From positions 480,001-544,000 of the forward strand of contig CAWFGE010000012.1 in assembly GCA_963815195.1 (NCBI GenBank): 64,000 nt of DNA, given 5' to 3'. A model generated the notes under the pieces. It did no database searches, had not been told where the DNA came from, and saw only the letters and a program-made list of their open reading frames with translations. Of this stretch, positions 20,698-31,136 are shown piece after piece. The stretch's first letter is position 1; each line of letters begins with the position of its first letter. A program made the position numbers and the translations under genes. Origin of the DNA: an uncultured Planctomycetaceae bacterium (GTDB lineage Bacteria > Planctomycetota > Planctomycetia > Planctomycetales > Planctomycetaceae).

Positions 20698-21882
20698 TCA
20701 GGATTCGACGCGTTCCACGACCATCGCGACGGCATTTCCGCCGCCCAAACACAGGCTGGCGACGCCGCGTTTCAGGTTCCGGCGGTGAAGAGCGGAGAGC
20801 AAAGTCACCAGCACCCGCGCACCGCTGGCTCCGATGGGATGGCCGAGGGCGATGGCTCCGCCGTCGATGTTCACGCGGTCCGGATCTAGCCTCAGCTCCC
20901 GGATGCAGGCGAGCATCTGGGAAGCGAAGGCTTCGTTGAGTTCGTAAAGATCGATGTCCTCAGGACTTAGACTCGCCTTCTCCAAAACACCCCGCACCGC
21001 ATGCACCGGGGCGATGAACAGATCTTCGGGAGCGGTGCCGCTGGTGTGATAGGCGATGACCTTGGCTTTCCAGGGGGTTTGGCTGTTTCGGGCGGTCTCG
21101 GCATCACAGACGACCACCGCGGCCGCCCCGTCGCTGAGCATCGAGGCATTGCCCGCGGTTACACTGCCCTCGGCTTCAAACGCGGGTCGAAGGGCCGCCA
21201 ACTGCTCCGCCGTGGTTTCGGGCCGCGGGCCTTCATCCTGCGCGATCGTGGTTTCCGTGCGTTTGATCTTTATGGTGACCGGAACGATTTCCGCATCGAA
21301 GAACCGCTCGGCGATCGCCCGCGACGCCCGCCGCTGGCTTTCGGCGGCGTATTGGTCCTGGTCCTCCCGCGTGATGCCGTGCTTCCGGGCGGTGGACTCG
21401 GCGTAAGTTCCCATGTGGCAATCCCCAAAGGCACAGACCAGCCCATCTTTGAGGAGCACATCTTCCATTGGCACGTTGCCGAGTTTCAGCCCGGTCCGCA
21501 GGCCGCGGACGACGTGCGGGGCGTTGGACATGCTCTCCATGCCCCCGGCGACGAGGATTTTCGCATCTTCCGCACGGACCGCTTGGGCGGCGAGCATCAC
21601 GGCTTTGAGGCCCGACCCGCAGACTTTGTTGATCGTGACCGCCGGGACGGTGGCAGGCAGACCTGCTTTGAGGGCCGCCTGCCGAGCCGGGGCCTGTCCC
21701 AAACCCGCCGAGAGCACATGGCCCAGGATCACCTCATCGACGTCCTCCGCGCGAATGCCGGCCCGCGACAGCGATTCGCGAACGACGATCGCCCCCAATT
21801 CCGGGGCCGAGAGTCCGCTGAGCTGCCCCAAAAACTTGCCAATCGGCGTCCGCACGCCCGCCAATAAATACGCTTCGCTCAT
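20698..21882 (-). CDS. Acetyl-CoA C-acetyltransferase (thiolase)
   Basis: [47 protein letters not shown]. Confidence 0.95.
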   Translation of the reverse strand: MSEAYLLAGVRTPIGKFLGQLSGLSAPELGAIVVRESLSRAGIRAEDVDEVILGHVLSAGLGQAPARQAALKAGLPATVPAVTINKVCGSGLKAVMLAAQAVRAEDAKILVAGGMESMSNAPHVVRGLRTGLKLGNVPMEDVLLKDGLVCAFGDCHMGTYAESTARKHGITREDQDQYAAESQRRASRAIAERFFDAEIVPVTIKIKRTETTIAQDEGPRPETTAEQLAALRPAFEAEGSVTAGNASMLSDGAAAVVVCDAETARNSQTPWKAKVIAYHTSGTAPEDLFIAPVHAVRGVLEKASLSPEDIDLYELNEAFASQMLACIRELRLDPDRVNIDGGAIALGHPIGASGARVLVTLLSALHRRNLKRGVASLCLGGGNAVAMVVERVES

Positions 21883-22043
21883 GATTTTGTTCCTTAAATT
21901 GGAGTTCGTTTCGCGGCAGCTTACCGCCGATTCGGGGCATTTTTCGAGTACTTTCATCAGCGATTTTTTGACCGGAACCCGCCCATTTTGGTATTCTGGC
22001 AAATACCCGTGTGGTTGCAACGATTTGAGTGAGGACCAGAGCA

Positions 22044-22292
22044 ATGGCAACGAGTTTGCAAGAGATTGACGGTTTCGCACGATTTGCCAAGGAGAAACTG
22101 GAGAAAGTCAAGCAGGAAGACCTTTCCCTCGAGGAGATTCTTGACGAATGGCGGGTCAATCATCCTCCGGCTGATGATCTTTTGGCCATCGAGGCTTCGC
22201 TTCGCGAGATGGAAAACGGAGAACACGGGCGAGCCTTCGAGGAATTTTCTCAGGAGTTCCGCTCCCGAAATGCGATCACAGGCGAGTCATGA
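22044..22292 (+). CDS. Putative antitoxin of type II TA pair
   Basis: Small acidic ORF (MATSLQEIDGF...) with an ATGA overlap into the downstream toxin gene. Confidence 0.65.
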   Translation: MATSLQEIDGFARFAKEKLEKVKQEDLSLEEILDEWRVNHPPADDLLAIEASLREMENGEHGRAFEEFSQEFRSRNAITGES

Positions 22293-22613
22293 CATTCGAA
22301 GTGCGGATCCTGCCCCGTGCGGAGCGACGACGCCCAACAGATTTTTGATTGGCTCAAAATGCAATCCCCTGAGGGAGCGGTCCGCTGGTGGAATGCTTTC
22401 GAAGAGGCGGTTCACGGACTTCTCGACGACCCCAGCAGCCGAAGTGACGCGCCGGAAAGCGAACTCGTAAACTATGAACTGCGGCAATTCCTGTTTAAGA
22501 CCCGTCGGGGCAAAACGTACCGCGGCGTGTTTGTTGTCGTTGAGAATGAGATCCGGATTCTCCGCATCCGTGGTCCGGGTCAGCCTCCGCTGGAACCGGA
22601 CGAGCTGGATTAG
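22289..22613 (+). CDS. RelE/ParE-family toxin (frameshift near 22325)
   Basis: MTFEVRILPRAE/DAQQIFDWL...YRGVFVVVENEIRILRIRGPGQ. Confidence 0.75.
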
Positions 22614-22831
22614 GACGGCGTAAGTCCTGTTGCGATTCGCGATTGCGGATTCCTCTCTATCAGAATTATCACGAACAGCCGCCGGTTGGGGAACCGACAA
22701 TCTTCGTGGCGGATTTTACCGATTGCGGGGAATTGGGGATTTCTTCTCCAGAGTTTCCCCAGTTTCTGCCGATTGTGAGGATTACACTGCTTTAGAAATC
22801 GGCACTTGGAATCCGGCGAAGGAGCGAACGG

Positions 22832-24254
22832 ATGTCTTCTTGGCGACACTTTTGGAATTGCCTGGGAGTCTGGGCGGGCCTCTTCAGCCTGTGTTCGTTC
22901 GCGCTGGCTCAGCCGCCGATCCGTTTGGACGCGACCGAGCATGCCGAACCCTTGGAGGGACCGGAGTTTGCGGCTCCCCCCGCTTCCAGCAAGTTTTATT
23001 ATGGCGTGATGGGGCAAATCGCCAGGCCCGGCGTTTATGAACTCAACACCGGCCGTCTGCGGTTGATGGATTTGCTCCGCGACGCGGGCGGGCTGACCCG
23101 GCGGGCGACGAACGAAATTCACATTGTTCGCGATGGCAATGTGCTTCCGCCGGTTTTTTTCTCGCCGCGGTTGGATGTTTCCCTTGTTCCGGGGGACATT
23201 GTCGTCGCCGACGGTCCTTTGCCGAACGAGGCGGAGAAAAAGCAGGTGGCGCTCGTCGGTTTACTGAATCGGCCCGTGATTCTGCCCGTGCCCGCGCCGC
23301 ATGCGAATCTTAAAGCCATTGTCGCCTACTTGGGGCAGCCGGCGTCCCTGGCGAATGAAATCCAAGTTGAGCCGGTCGGCGGGGAACGAATCGATTCCGA
23401 AACAAAAGCCAATCGAGGGCCGGCGTTCCTCGTGCCCACGGTGTTGTACGTTAACTCCGCGAGCATACAAGCCGACCAGTTGCCCCCGTTTCCGGAGGTC
23501 TACCGCATCGGCCCAAAGAACGCCGAACGCCTGGCCTCCCCAACCGAGCCGACGCCTCCGCCGGAATTGGCGTTCCCGCCGGAAGATCGGTCCCCGGTCG
23601 CGCAGTTTTCGCCGACCGGCGCATGCCGTGGCCGAGTCATCGTCTGCGTCGGCCGAACCGGCTTCATTTTCCGTCGCTCGAGACGCCGGGCGAAACATCG
23701 AAGTGCCGGGAACTTGGAATCACGCCGACACCATCGCGACGCCCGCCGGCGAAGTCGACAAGCCGGACGAAGCCGAAGACTCTGCGAGCACTTGGCCGTA
23801 TTGGGGCGTCATTCTGGTCGCGGTCTTTTCCGGCGGAATCTATGCCCGGCGGCGCTATTGGAAGCGCTTGCCGCAGCGTCTCGTCGCGGACATTCCGCCG
23901 CTGAATCCTCAACTCCCGCAGAAACCGCAGATCGAATCGCCGGAGGAAACGCCGCCGAAAAGCCTTTCCGCCCCGTTCCCGTTGGACGACGACCTGGCCG
24001 CGCTGGTTTTCAATCGGCTGCCGGTGCGGGATGAATCCGATGCGAAACCCACGCTTCAAAAAACATTCCGGCTCGATTCCCCAGACGAACTCGGCCCCGC
24101 CGGGTTGAGCGGTCCGACGTTTCTCAAACGCCCCGCCGAGCCGCAGGCCAGCCCGGTGCCGGAAACTGTGCCGGCGGATGACCAAGAAAATCGGCCCAAC
24201 CTGGGCGTGCTCGACCGCGTGCTGTTGCGAGTTCATCAATCCCGGGCGGCATAA
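22832..24254 (+). CDS. Exported SLBB-domain protein with a C-terminal TM helix and cytoplasmic tail (frameshift near 23620)
   Basis: Signal peptide and YGVMGQIARPGVYEL...LLRDAGGLT (SLBB). A second frame supplies the TM segment WPYWGVILVAVFSGGIY followed by RRR. Confidence 0.65.
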
Positions 24255-24287
24255 ACCGGGCGGAGACACTCGAAGAAAGGTCCGCTG

Positions 24288-25283
24288 ATGACGATTGCTT
24301 TGGACGTGGGCAGCCGGCGGTTCCGCTCCCTGTGGCGGAAGGAGACGCACCTGGCGGCCAAAACCTGCCCCGTGGCGTGCTGCTTTCTGCCGGACAAACC
24401 TCCGGTCCGGCATTTGTTGGAACAGTCGGGCGTGCGGTTTCGTGCCGCGCAGGATCAACTCGCGATTTGGGGATCCTCGGCGGAAAAGCTCGCGAATCAA
24501 TGTGCTGTCAAAACCGAGCACCTCCTGGCCCGCAATCCGCTCCGCAAAGACAACCACACCATCCGCGAGCCTTTGCAGGATCTGCTCTCGTCCGTGCTGC
24601 CGCCGGCGAAGACTCCCGGCGAGATTTGCAGCCTCGGTTTGTTGTCCGATGATTTTCACGCCGATTGGCTTCGCGCGGCTTTGGACGAGATGGGCTATCA
24701 AATCGTGACCTGCTCCGCGGGGCTCGCCTTGGTGTTGGCGGAGATGGTCCGCGAGGAGTTCACCGGCCTCGGTTTGGTGTTCGGAGCGAGCCGCTGCGAA
24801 GCGGTGCTCGCGCGGGAAGGAAAAGAGATCGCCCGCTGCGAACTGCCGCGCGGCGGCGACGCCATCGACCAGGCCATCGCCATCGCCGAGGACCGCTACT
24901 GGTGGAGCATGGCCGGCTTCCGCGAATTGGACACCGAAGGCATCACCGAATGGAAAGAATCGCTGACGGCGTCGCTGTTACAACCCGCGAATCTCCGCGG
25001 CGAACGGCTTCTGGCGGGCTATCATCAATTGGCGGCCGAGTTGTGCGGCCTCTGCGAAAGCGCGCTCTCGCGGCACGAGTTTCCGGAGGCGCTCGCCGTC
25101 ATCGCCGGCGGCGGAGCGGTTCGCATTCCGGGGTTCGCGGAACTCCTCGCGGAGCACCTCCGCGAATCCTCGCTGCCCATCGCCCTCGACAAAACCCGCA
25201 TCGCCCCCGCGGAATCCACCATCTCCCGCGGCCTGCTGATCCACGCCGAGCTCCAACACCGCGCCCAAACGCAAGCGGCGTGA
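24288..25283 (+). CDS. Degenerate actin-fold (ASKHA) protein
   Basis: IALDVGS (phosphate 1), GLGLVFGASRCE (phosphate 2), GGDAIDQAI, VIAGGGAVRIPGF (adenosine motif). Confidence 0.65.
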   Translation: MTIALDVGSRRFRSLWRKETHLAAKTCPVACCFLPDKPPVRHLLEQSGVRFRAAQDQLAIWGSSAEKLANQCAVKTEHLLARNPLRKDNHTIREPLQDLLSSVLPPAKTPGEICSLGLLSDDFHADWLRAALDEMGYQIVTCSAGLALVLAEMVREEFTGLGLVFGASRCEAVLAREGKEIARCELPRGGDAIDQAIAIAEDRYWWSMAGFRELDTEGITEWKESLTASLLQPANLRGERLLAGYHQLAAELCGLCESALSRHEFPEALAVIAGGGAVRIPGFAELLAEHLRESSLPIALDKTRIAPAESTISRGLLIHAELQHRAQTQAA

Positions 25284-25317
25284 GCGGCTGGGCGCTTGCC
25301 GCCGTTCTTTGGTTCGG

Positions 25318-26950
25318 TCAGGCGGGGGTTTTTTCGCTGACGGGTTCTTCGCGACTGGCGTAGAAACAGACCTCGGCGTCGCCGCCGGAGCGGTCGCATT
25401 CGTTGGCGAACTGGATCAAGTGATGCGCCACGACGCCGATGTGGATCACTTCTTCGATCCGGCCGCGCAAAAGCAGGGGCAGCGCGGTTCTCCAGAACAC
25501 CTCGCGGTAGTCTCCCTTCATGCCGATCCTCCAGAACAGCCGGCCGGCAATCCGCAGGCCGCGGACAATGTTGCTGAGATTGATCCGCGCCCGGGTTGCC
25601 GGCAGCGGCTTGCGGTTGGGAAACGTGTTCTCCAGCTGATGGGCAAACCTCCCGTAAACGGCCGCCGGCACGTAGGCGCGGCGGATGCATTCCCGCCAAC
25701 TGCCGATGATCGTCTCGTAGGGCAGCAGAAAGTCCACGTTCGATTGACGGTCCGCCGCGTCCACCAGCCGCCCCGCAGCGTTCAGCCGATCCCACAGCGG
25801 CGTCTTGGGCAGCGCGTGCAGGATGTTGATCGTCAACAGCGGAATCCGCGAGGCCTCGATAAATTGCAGAATCCGGCGGCCGGTTTCGGGTGAGTCGGTA
25901 TCCAACCCGATGATGATCCCGGAGACGACTTCCAGCCCGTAGCTGTTGAGCGTGCGAACCGCCTCCAGGAGCGGCTGCCGGAGGTTCTGCTTCTTCTGCA
26001 TCGCCTTGAGGGCGTCTTCTTCTGGCGTTTCGATGCCGCAGAACACCGTCGTGAACGCGGCTTCGCGCATCAACTCCATAATCTCCGGCGACTGGGCGAG
26101 GTTCAGGGTGGCTTCGCAGGCGAACCGGACGGGAAAGCCTCGCGCCTCCTGCCAGGCGACGAGGGCCTCGAGCAGTTTCCGAGCGGCGTGCTTGTTGCCG
26201 ATGAAGTTGTCATCGACGAAATACACGCTGCCCGGGTTGCCGCGGGCGAGCATGGCATCGAGTTCAGCCGTCACCTGCTCCGGCCGCTTGAGCCGGGGGT
26301 TTCGGCCGTAAAGCGCGGGGATGTCGCAGAACTCGCACTGATAGGGGCAGCCGCTGGAAAATTGCACGCTGGCGAGGAAATAATCTCGCAGGTCGATCAG
26401 GTCATACCGCGGGGCGGGAAACTGCGAGAGAGGCAGCCGATCGGTTGTCTCGAAGAGTTCCTGCGTGTACGGCCGATCGGCGGAGTGTTCGAGGCGGGCG
26501 ATCAAGTCTCGCGTGGCGTCGCCGAGTTCACCCACGTGCAAGAGGTCCACGTCGGGATACCACTCCTGACACGCCGAGACCGACGGCCCGCCGAGAACGG
26601 TGATCTTATCGAAGCGATGCGCCCGGCGGTTGATGTCCTCGATCTGCCTTCGCTGGACGTGCATACCGCTGGTGAAGACCGCATCGGCCCAGCGGAAGTC
26701 GGCGTCGGTGGCGGGGGCGATGTTTTCATCGATGAACCGCACGTCCCATGACGTCCGGCAGCGCGGCCGCGATGAGGAGCAGCCCCTGCGGAGGCATAAA
26801 CGCCCGCACCCCGAGCAGCGGAAAGGCGTAATCGAACGTGCCGAAGGAATGCGTGTAGCGCGGAAACACGCACAGGATTCGCCGATGCCGCGAAGCCGTG
26901 CCGTTTCGGTCGGCCGTCCGTGCCGGCGGCGTTAAAACCTGATCCGTCAT
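25318..26950 (-). CDS. hpnP: B12-dependent radical SAM methylase, hopanoid C-2 methylase-like (frameshift near 26745)
   Basis: RRILCVFPRYTHSFGTF, AFMPPQGLL, SGMHVQ, LHVGELGDAT, SSGCPYQCEFCDIPALYGRNPRLK, IPLLTINILHALPKTPLWDRL and VVAHHLI match my recollection of HpnP proteins. Confidence 0.8.
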
Positions 26951-27234
26951 GATATCTCCGAGTGCTGGTGCGTGGCGGTGCCGTGATTGCCGTCAAGCAG
27001 GCGGCCCCGCCCAACGAGCAACTGCTGTACCGAACTGTTCCGTCAAAATGATCTATGGCAATGCTAGCAGTGGGCCACGGATCTCCCTAGAGGGAAATTC
27101 TGCGCGTCCAGGGTGGGAGTTCTCCCGGGCGTCTCCGTCAGGCCGAGTCCGCGGATTTCGCCGGCGATGTCCCTGGATTTTCGCGGCGGCCAAGATGCGC
27201 ACCCGGTCGGTAAGCTGGAGTGTGTTTCATAGAA

Positions 27235-27348
27235 GTATGGACTTGGGTGGCACGCCCTGAGGAACGAAGGGCGTGGTCCCAGGAATCGCCACGCCCTTCG
27301 CTCGGCTCAGCGACGTGCCAGCCGATCCACTGGAAAATAGGGCGAAAG
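27235..27348 (-). repeat. ~115-bp REP/MITE-like hairpin, copy 2
   Basis: Reverse complement of 13063-13177, including the non-palindromic flank TGGAAAATAGGGCGAAAG. Confidence 0.8.
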
Positions 27349-27485
27349 ATTATCCGCCTGTTTTTGTGAAACACGAATGGCGAACGGAAAAAATCCGCGG
27401 GAGGATTGGCGTTTAACGCATCAAAATGCGATAATGCTTCTAAAACCATCCCGCCACGACATTCCCTCCGACGGAATCCTGCCCC

Positions 27486-28898
27486 ATGTCCGATTCACGC
27501 CGAATTTGCCCCGGACCCGTGTCCCGCCGGTCGTTTTTACAAATGGGCGCGCTGGGATTGGGCGGTTTGGGGCTGAGCGATCTGTTTCGCCTGCGGGCTG
27601 ATGCCGGGAGTTCGACAGCGAGCGATCCCGAGACTTCCGTGATTTTCGTGTGGCTGCCGGGCGGCCCGCCGCACATGGAAATGTACGACATGAAGCCGGA
27701 CGCCCCGCTGGATTACCGCGGGACCTTCAATCCCATCCCCACGAATGTTCCGGGATTGGATGTTTGCGAGCTCATGCCTTTGCACACCCGCTGCGCGGAC
27801 AAATACAACATCATCCGCTCGGTGGCCCACGAGTTCGCGGACCACGGCGGCGGGCACAAGCGGTTTCTCACCGCGCGGAAGCCGAAAGAGCCGACGGGCT
27901 TTGTCAACGATTTCCCGGCCGTCGGTTCCGTGGTCGCGAAGATGCGCGAGCACCGGAACATCGGGCTGCCGAATTATATCTCCGGCACCAACGCGGGCCG
28001 GGCGGGCGTGGACACTTACAGTTTCGGCGCGGCGTATCTCGGGCCGGCGTATGTGCCCTTCAACATCCCCGGCGACCCCAACGAGGCCAAGTTCGAGGTC
28101 AAAAACATCTCGCTGTCGTCGTCGCTTTCGGATCGGCTCGACGACCGCGTGCGGTTGCTTAACGGGTTCGATCGACTCCGGCGGGACATCGACGATTCGG
28201 GCCTGATGAACGCGGCCGACCAGTTCAATCAAAAAGCCGTCAGCCTGCTCACCAGCGACAAAGCCCGCCACGCGTTCGATCTGTCCCAGGAGCCGGATTC
28301 CCTCCGCGACCGCTACGGCCGGCATGCGTGGGGACAGCGAGCCCTGTTGGCCCGGCGGTTGGTGGAAGCCGGCTGCAGTTTCGTCACAATGGTGATGGAG
28401 AACCCTTACCAGTCCGGCGTCTCGTGGCTGAAAAACGGGACCTACAATTGGGACTCGCACGCGGTGAACTGCCATTTGTTCGACGACGCGAAAATCCGCC
28501 TGCCGATCTACGACCGGGCCGTGACGGCGCTCGTGGAAGATCTTCATAGCCGCGGACTAACCAAAAGGGTTCTGCTCATCGTCACCGGCGAGTTCGGCCG
28601 CACGCCCCGCATCAGTCATCAGACCGGAACGCAAACGGGCGTCACACAGCCCGGCCGGGATCACTGGCCGCAAGCGATGAGCATGCTCGTCACCGGCGGC
28701 GGCATGCGGACCGGGCAGGTCATCGGCTCGACCAACTCGAAGGGCGAACATCCGCAAAACCGCCCGCTGACGCCCAACGATTTGTGGGCCACGGTGTATC
28801 GGCATCTGGGCATCAACCCCGAGCATTCCTTCCCCGACCACAGCGGGCGGCCTATGCCGATCTTGCCCTTCGGCCAACCGATCGACGAACTTCTGTAA
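27486..28898 (+). CDS. DUF1501 family protein (Tat-like signal)
   Basis: SRRSFLQMG, WLPGGPPHMEMYD, NWDSH, GEFGRTP, GRDHWP. Confidence 0.92.
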   Translation: MSDSRRICPGPVSRRSFLQMGALGLGGLGLSDLFRLRADAGSSTASDPETSVIFVWLPGGPPHMEMYDMKPDAPLDYRGTFNPIPTNVPGLDVCELMPLHTRCADKYNIIRSVAHEFADHGGGHKRFLTARKPKEPTGFVNDFPAVGSVVAKMREHRNIGLPNYISGTNAGRAGVDTYSFGAAYLGPAYVPFNIPGDPNEAKFEVKNISLSSSLSDRLDDRVRLLNGFDRLRRDIDDSGLMNAADQFNQKAVSLLTSDKARHAFDLSQEPDSLRDRYGRHAWGQRALLARRLVEAGCSFVTMVMENPYQSGVSWLKNGTYNWDSHAVNCHLFDDAKIRLPIYDRAVTALVEDLHSRGLTKRVLLIVTGEFGRTPRISHQTGTQTGVTQPGRDHWPQAMSMLVTGGGMRTGQVIGSTNSKGEHPQNRPLTPNDLWATVYRHLGINPEHSFPDHSGRPMPILPFGQPIDELL

Positions 28899-28902
28899 CA
28901 AT

Positions 28903-28930
28903 GTGAGCGGTACGGCGCTAGCCGCCGGTC
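28903..28930. repeat. REP-like element GTGAGCGG..CGGCGCTAGCCGCCGGTC
   Basis: Matches 19823-19850, with a degenerate copy near 25280. Confidence 0.6.
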
Positions 28931-28974
28931 GTGATGTAAAACACACTCTTCGCTTCGCCGGTTGCAAATGTGTT

Positions 28975-29835
28975 ATGGAATCCGCCGCTCATCGACTTCG
29001 GCAATTGTTGGCTCGTCCGGGATTATTGCGGAGCCTCGCCGCGCACGATGTGCTCTCGGCATTGGTGATGGAGCAGGCGGGGATCGAGCTTTTGTTTCTG
29101 GGCGGGTTCGGGGTGGCGGCGAGCCGGTTCGGTTGGCCGGACGTGGGTTTAATCACCTTGAGCGAAATGGCCGACGCCGTCCGCCGGATGGCTTCCCGCG
29201 TGCGGATTCCCGTGATGGCCGACGGCGACACGGGGCATGGCGATTTGCAGAACGTCGTCCGCACGGTGCGGGAGTTCGAATCGGCCGGGGCCGCGGGCGT
29301 CTTGTTGGAAGATCAAGTCTCGCCCAAGCGCTGCGGGCATTTTGCGGACAAGAACGTCATTCCCGCGGAAGAAATGATCCGGAAACTGAAGGCCGCGCTG
29401 GACGCCCGCCGGGATCCGGATTTTGTGATCCTGGCCCGCACGGATGCCGCCGCGGTGGAAGGCATCAATGCCGCCATCGACCGGGCCAATCGCTACGGCG
29501 AAACCGGGGCGGACATGTGCTTCGTCGAAGCCCCGCAAACGCTCGAGGACTTGGAGCGGATTCCCCGCGAAGTGCCTTATCCGTTGTTGGCGAACATGCT
29601 CCTCGGCGGCCGCACGCCGATCGTGCCGTTCGAAACCTTGGAAGACTGGGGCTACAAGATCGCGGTCTGCCCGATTGCGAGTCTGCTGCTGACCGCGTTT
29701 CAAATCCGCCGGCTATGCGAAGCGGTCCAAACCCAAGGCCGGGCCGACCAGTTGAGCGGCGAGATGTTCGCTTTTGAGGAACTCAAGCAGCTTTTGGGGT
29801 ACGACGACTGGGCCACATTTCGCGATCAGCTTTAG
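28975..29835 (+). CDS. Isocitrate lyase/PEP mutase family enzyme (PrpB/oxaloacetate decarboxylase-like)
   Basis: ADGDTGHG, LEDQVSPKRCGH, ARTDA, FVEAP, LLANM. Confidence 0.88.
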   Translation: MESAAHRLRQLLARPGLLRSLAAHDVLSALVMEQAGIELLFLGGFGVAASRFGWPDVGLITLSEMADAVRRMASRVRIPVMADGDTGHGDLQNVVRTVREFESAGAAGVLLEDQVSPKRCGHFADKNVIPAEEMIRKLKAALDARRDPDFVILARTDAAAVEGINAAIDRANRYGETGADMCFVEAPQTLEDLERIPREVPYPLLANMLLGGRTPIVPFETLEDWGYKIAVCPIASLLLTAFQIRRLCEAVQTQGRADQLSGEMFAFEELKQLLGYDDWATFRDQL

Positions 29836-30005
29836 CAAAGTTTGTGGAATGGCGTCTCGCGTTGGAAGGGTTCAGGAGAGGAGTCCAAGGAACGCCATGT
29901 TTTGAAGTTCCTCTTGACGCGTCCCGCGATCATCCGTTAAACAGCCGGTTTCCTTTGAGACAATCTGTCTTGACAATCTGGCCGAAACAGCAGGGAGGCT
30001 GTGGC

Positions 30006-31136
30006 GTGAGACGATGCGCGCTGACCGCCTTGGCGGGATGGTTGCTGCTTTTGCGAGCGGTTTGCGTGCTGGCGGCGGACGAGGGAAATCTCGGCGAGGA
30101 TCGGGTTTTTCTGCCGCCGGCTCCCACGGGGAATGCGCTGCCCGAACCATTGACGGATCTCGGCCCGACAACCGCCGATCCCCCGCCGGCCGTCGAGCCG
30201 ACGCCGCTCACCGTGCCGGATGCGGATCTTGAACCGATCGTGGTGCCTCCGCCGGGCACTTCGAATGAAGACATGACCGCTCCAGTGGAGAATGGGAAGC
30301 CGTCTTCCAATCACCTCACGATTCGCATCGGGCCGAGCACCGTCTCGTTCACGCCGAAGCCGGCGGATTTTGCCACGAGTCGCTGGTGGCCGGGTTCGGG
30401 AACGATGGAATGGATGCCGGGGCACCGCGACCGGTTTGGGATGTTCAGCCTGACCGGCGGGGCGGCGGTGGCATGGGAAAACTGGGGCGGGATTTCCTCG
30501 GGCTTCGGCTACGGGTTCCACTTTCTCAATGGCCCCGTCCAAACCGACCTGCCGTCGCGGCTGTATGATTTGAATTGGGGCCTGAATTGGAACGGCGAAC
30601 TGATGCCGGGCTGGTCCGCGAGCCTGGGCGGCAAGGCCGGGATTTATTCGGACTTTGAAGACAGCGCCCGCGAGGGCTGGCGGTTCCCGGCGCATGCCGT
30701 CGTGTTTCACGATTGGACGGACACCGTCAGCGGGGCGGCGGGCGTCAAATATTTCGCCCGCGACAACCTGCCGCCGCTCCCCGTGGTGGGGTTGATCCTC
30801 CGTCCCGACGACCGCGTCCGCATCGAAGCTTTGTTCCCCGAACCGCAAATCGCCTGGCGGGTGCATGCCGATGACGATTCCGAACATTGGCTGTCGGTCT
30901 CCGGCCAGGTCGGTGGCGGGCAGTGGGCCATCGAACGGGCCAACACCGACCGCGCGGACGTCGTCACCTACAACGACTACCGCGCGGTGCTCGGATTTCA
31001 CAACTACAAACCCGGCGAACATGATGAGGCGTTCGAGGCCGGCTACATCTTCGCCCGCGACCTGACCTACCGCTCCGGCGTCGGCAACTTCCATCCCGGC
31101 GACACGTTCTTCTTCCGCTTCGTCAGCCGGTATTAA
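30006..31136 (+). CDS. Putative outer-membrane beta-barrel protein (DUF6268-like); start uncertain
   Basis: Signal-like N-terminus, Pro-rich linker, DLPSRLYD, GIYSDFE, amphipathic strands and a terminal aromatic residue (FRFVSRY). Confidence 0.6.
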   Translation: MRRCALTALAGWLLLLRAVCVLAADEGNLGEDRVFLPPAPTGNALPEPLTDLGPTTADPPPAVEPTPLTVPDADLEPIVVPPPGTSNEDMTAPVENGKPSSNHLTIRIGPSTVSFTPKPADFATSRWWPGSGTMEWMPGHRDRFGMFSLTGGAAVAWENWGGISSGFGYGFHFLNGPVQTDLPSRLYDLNWGLNWNGELMPGWSASLGGKAGIYSDFEDSAREGWRFPAHAVVFHDWTDTVSGAAGVKYFARDNLPPLPVVGLILRPDDRVRIEALFPEPQIAWRVHADDDSEHWLSVSGQVGGGQWAIERANTDRADVVTYNDYRAVLGFHNYKPGEHDEAFEAGYIFARDLTYRSGVGNFHPGDTFFFRFVSRY

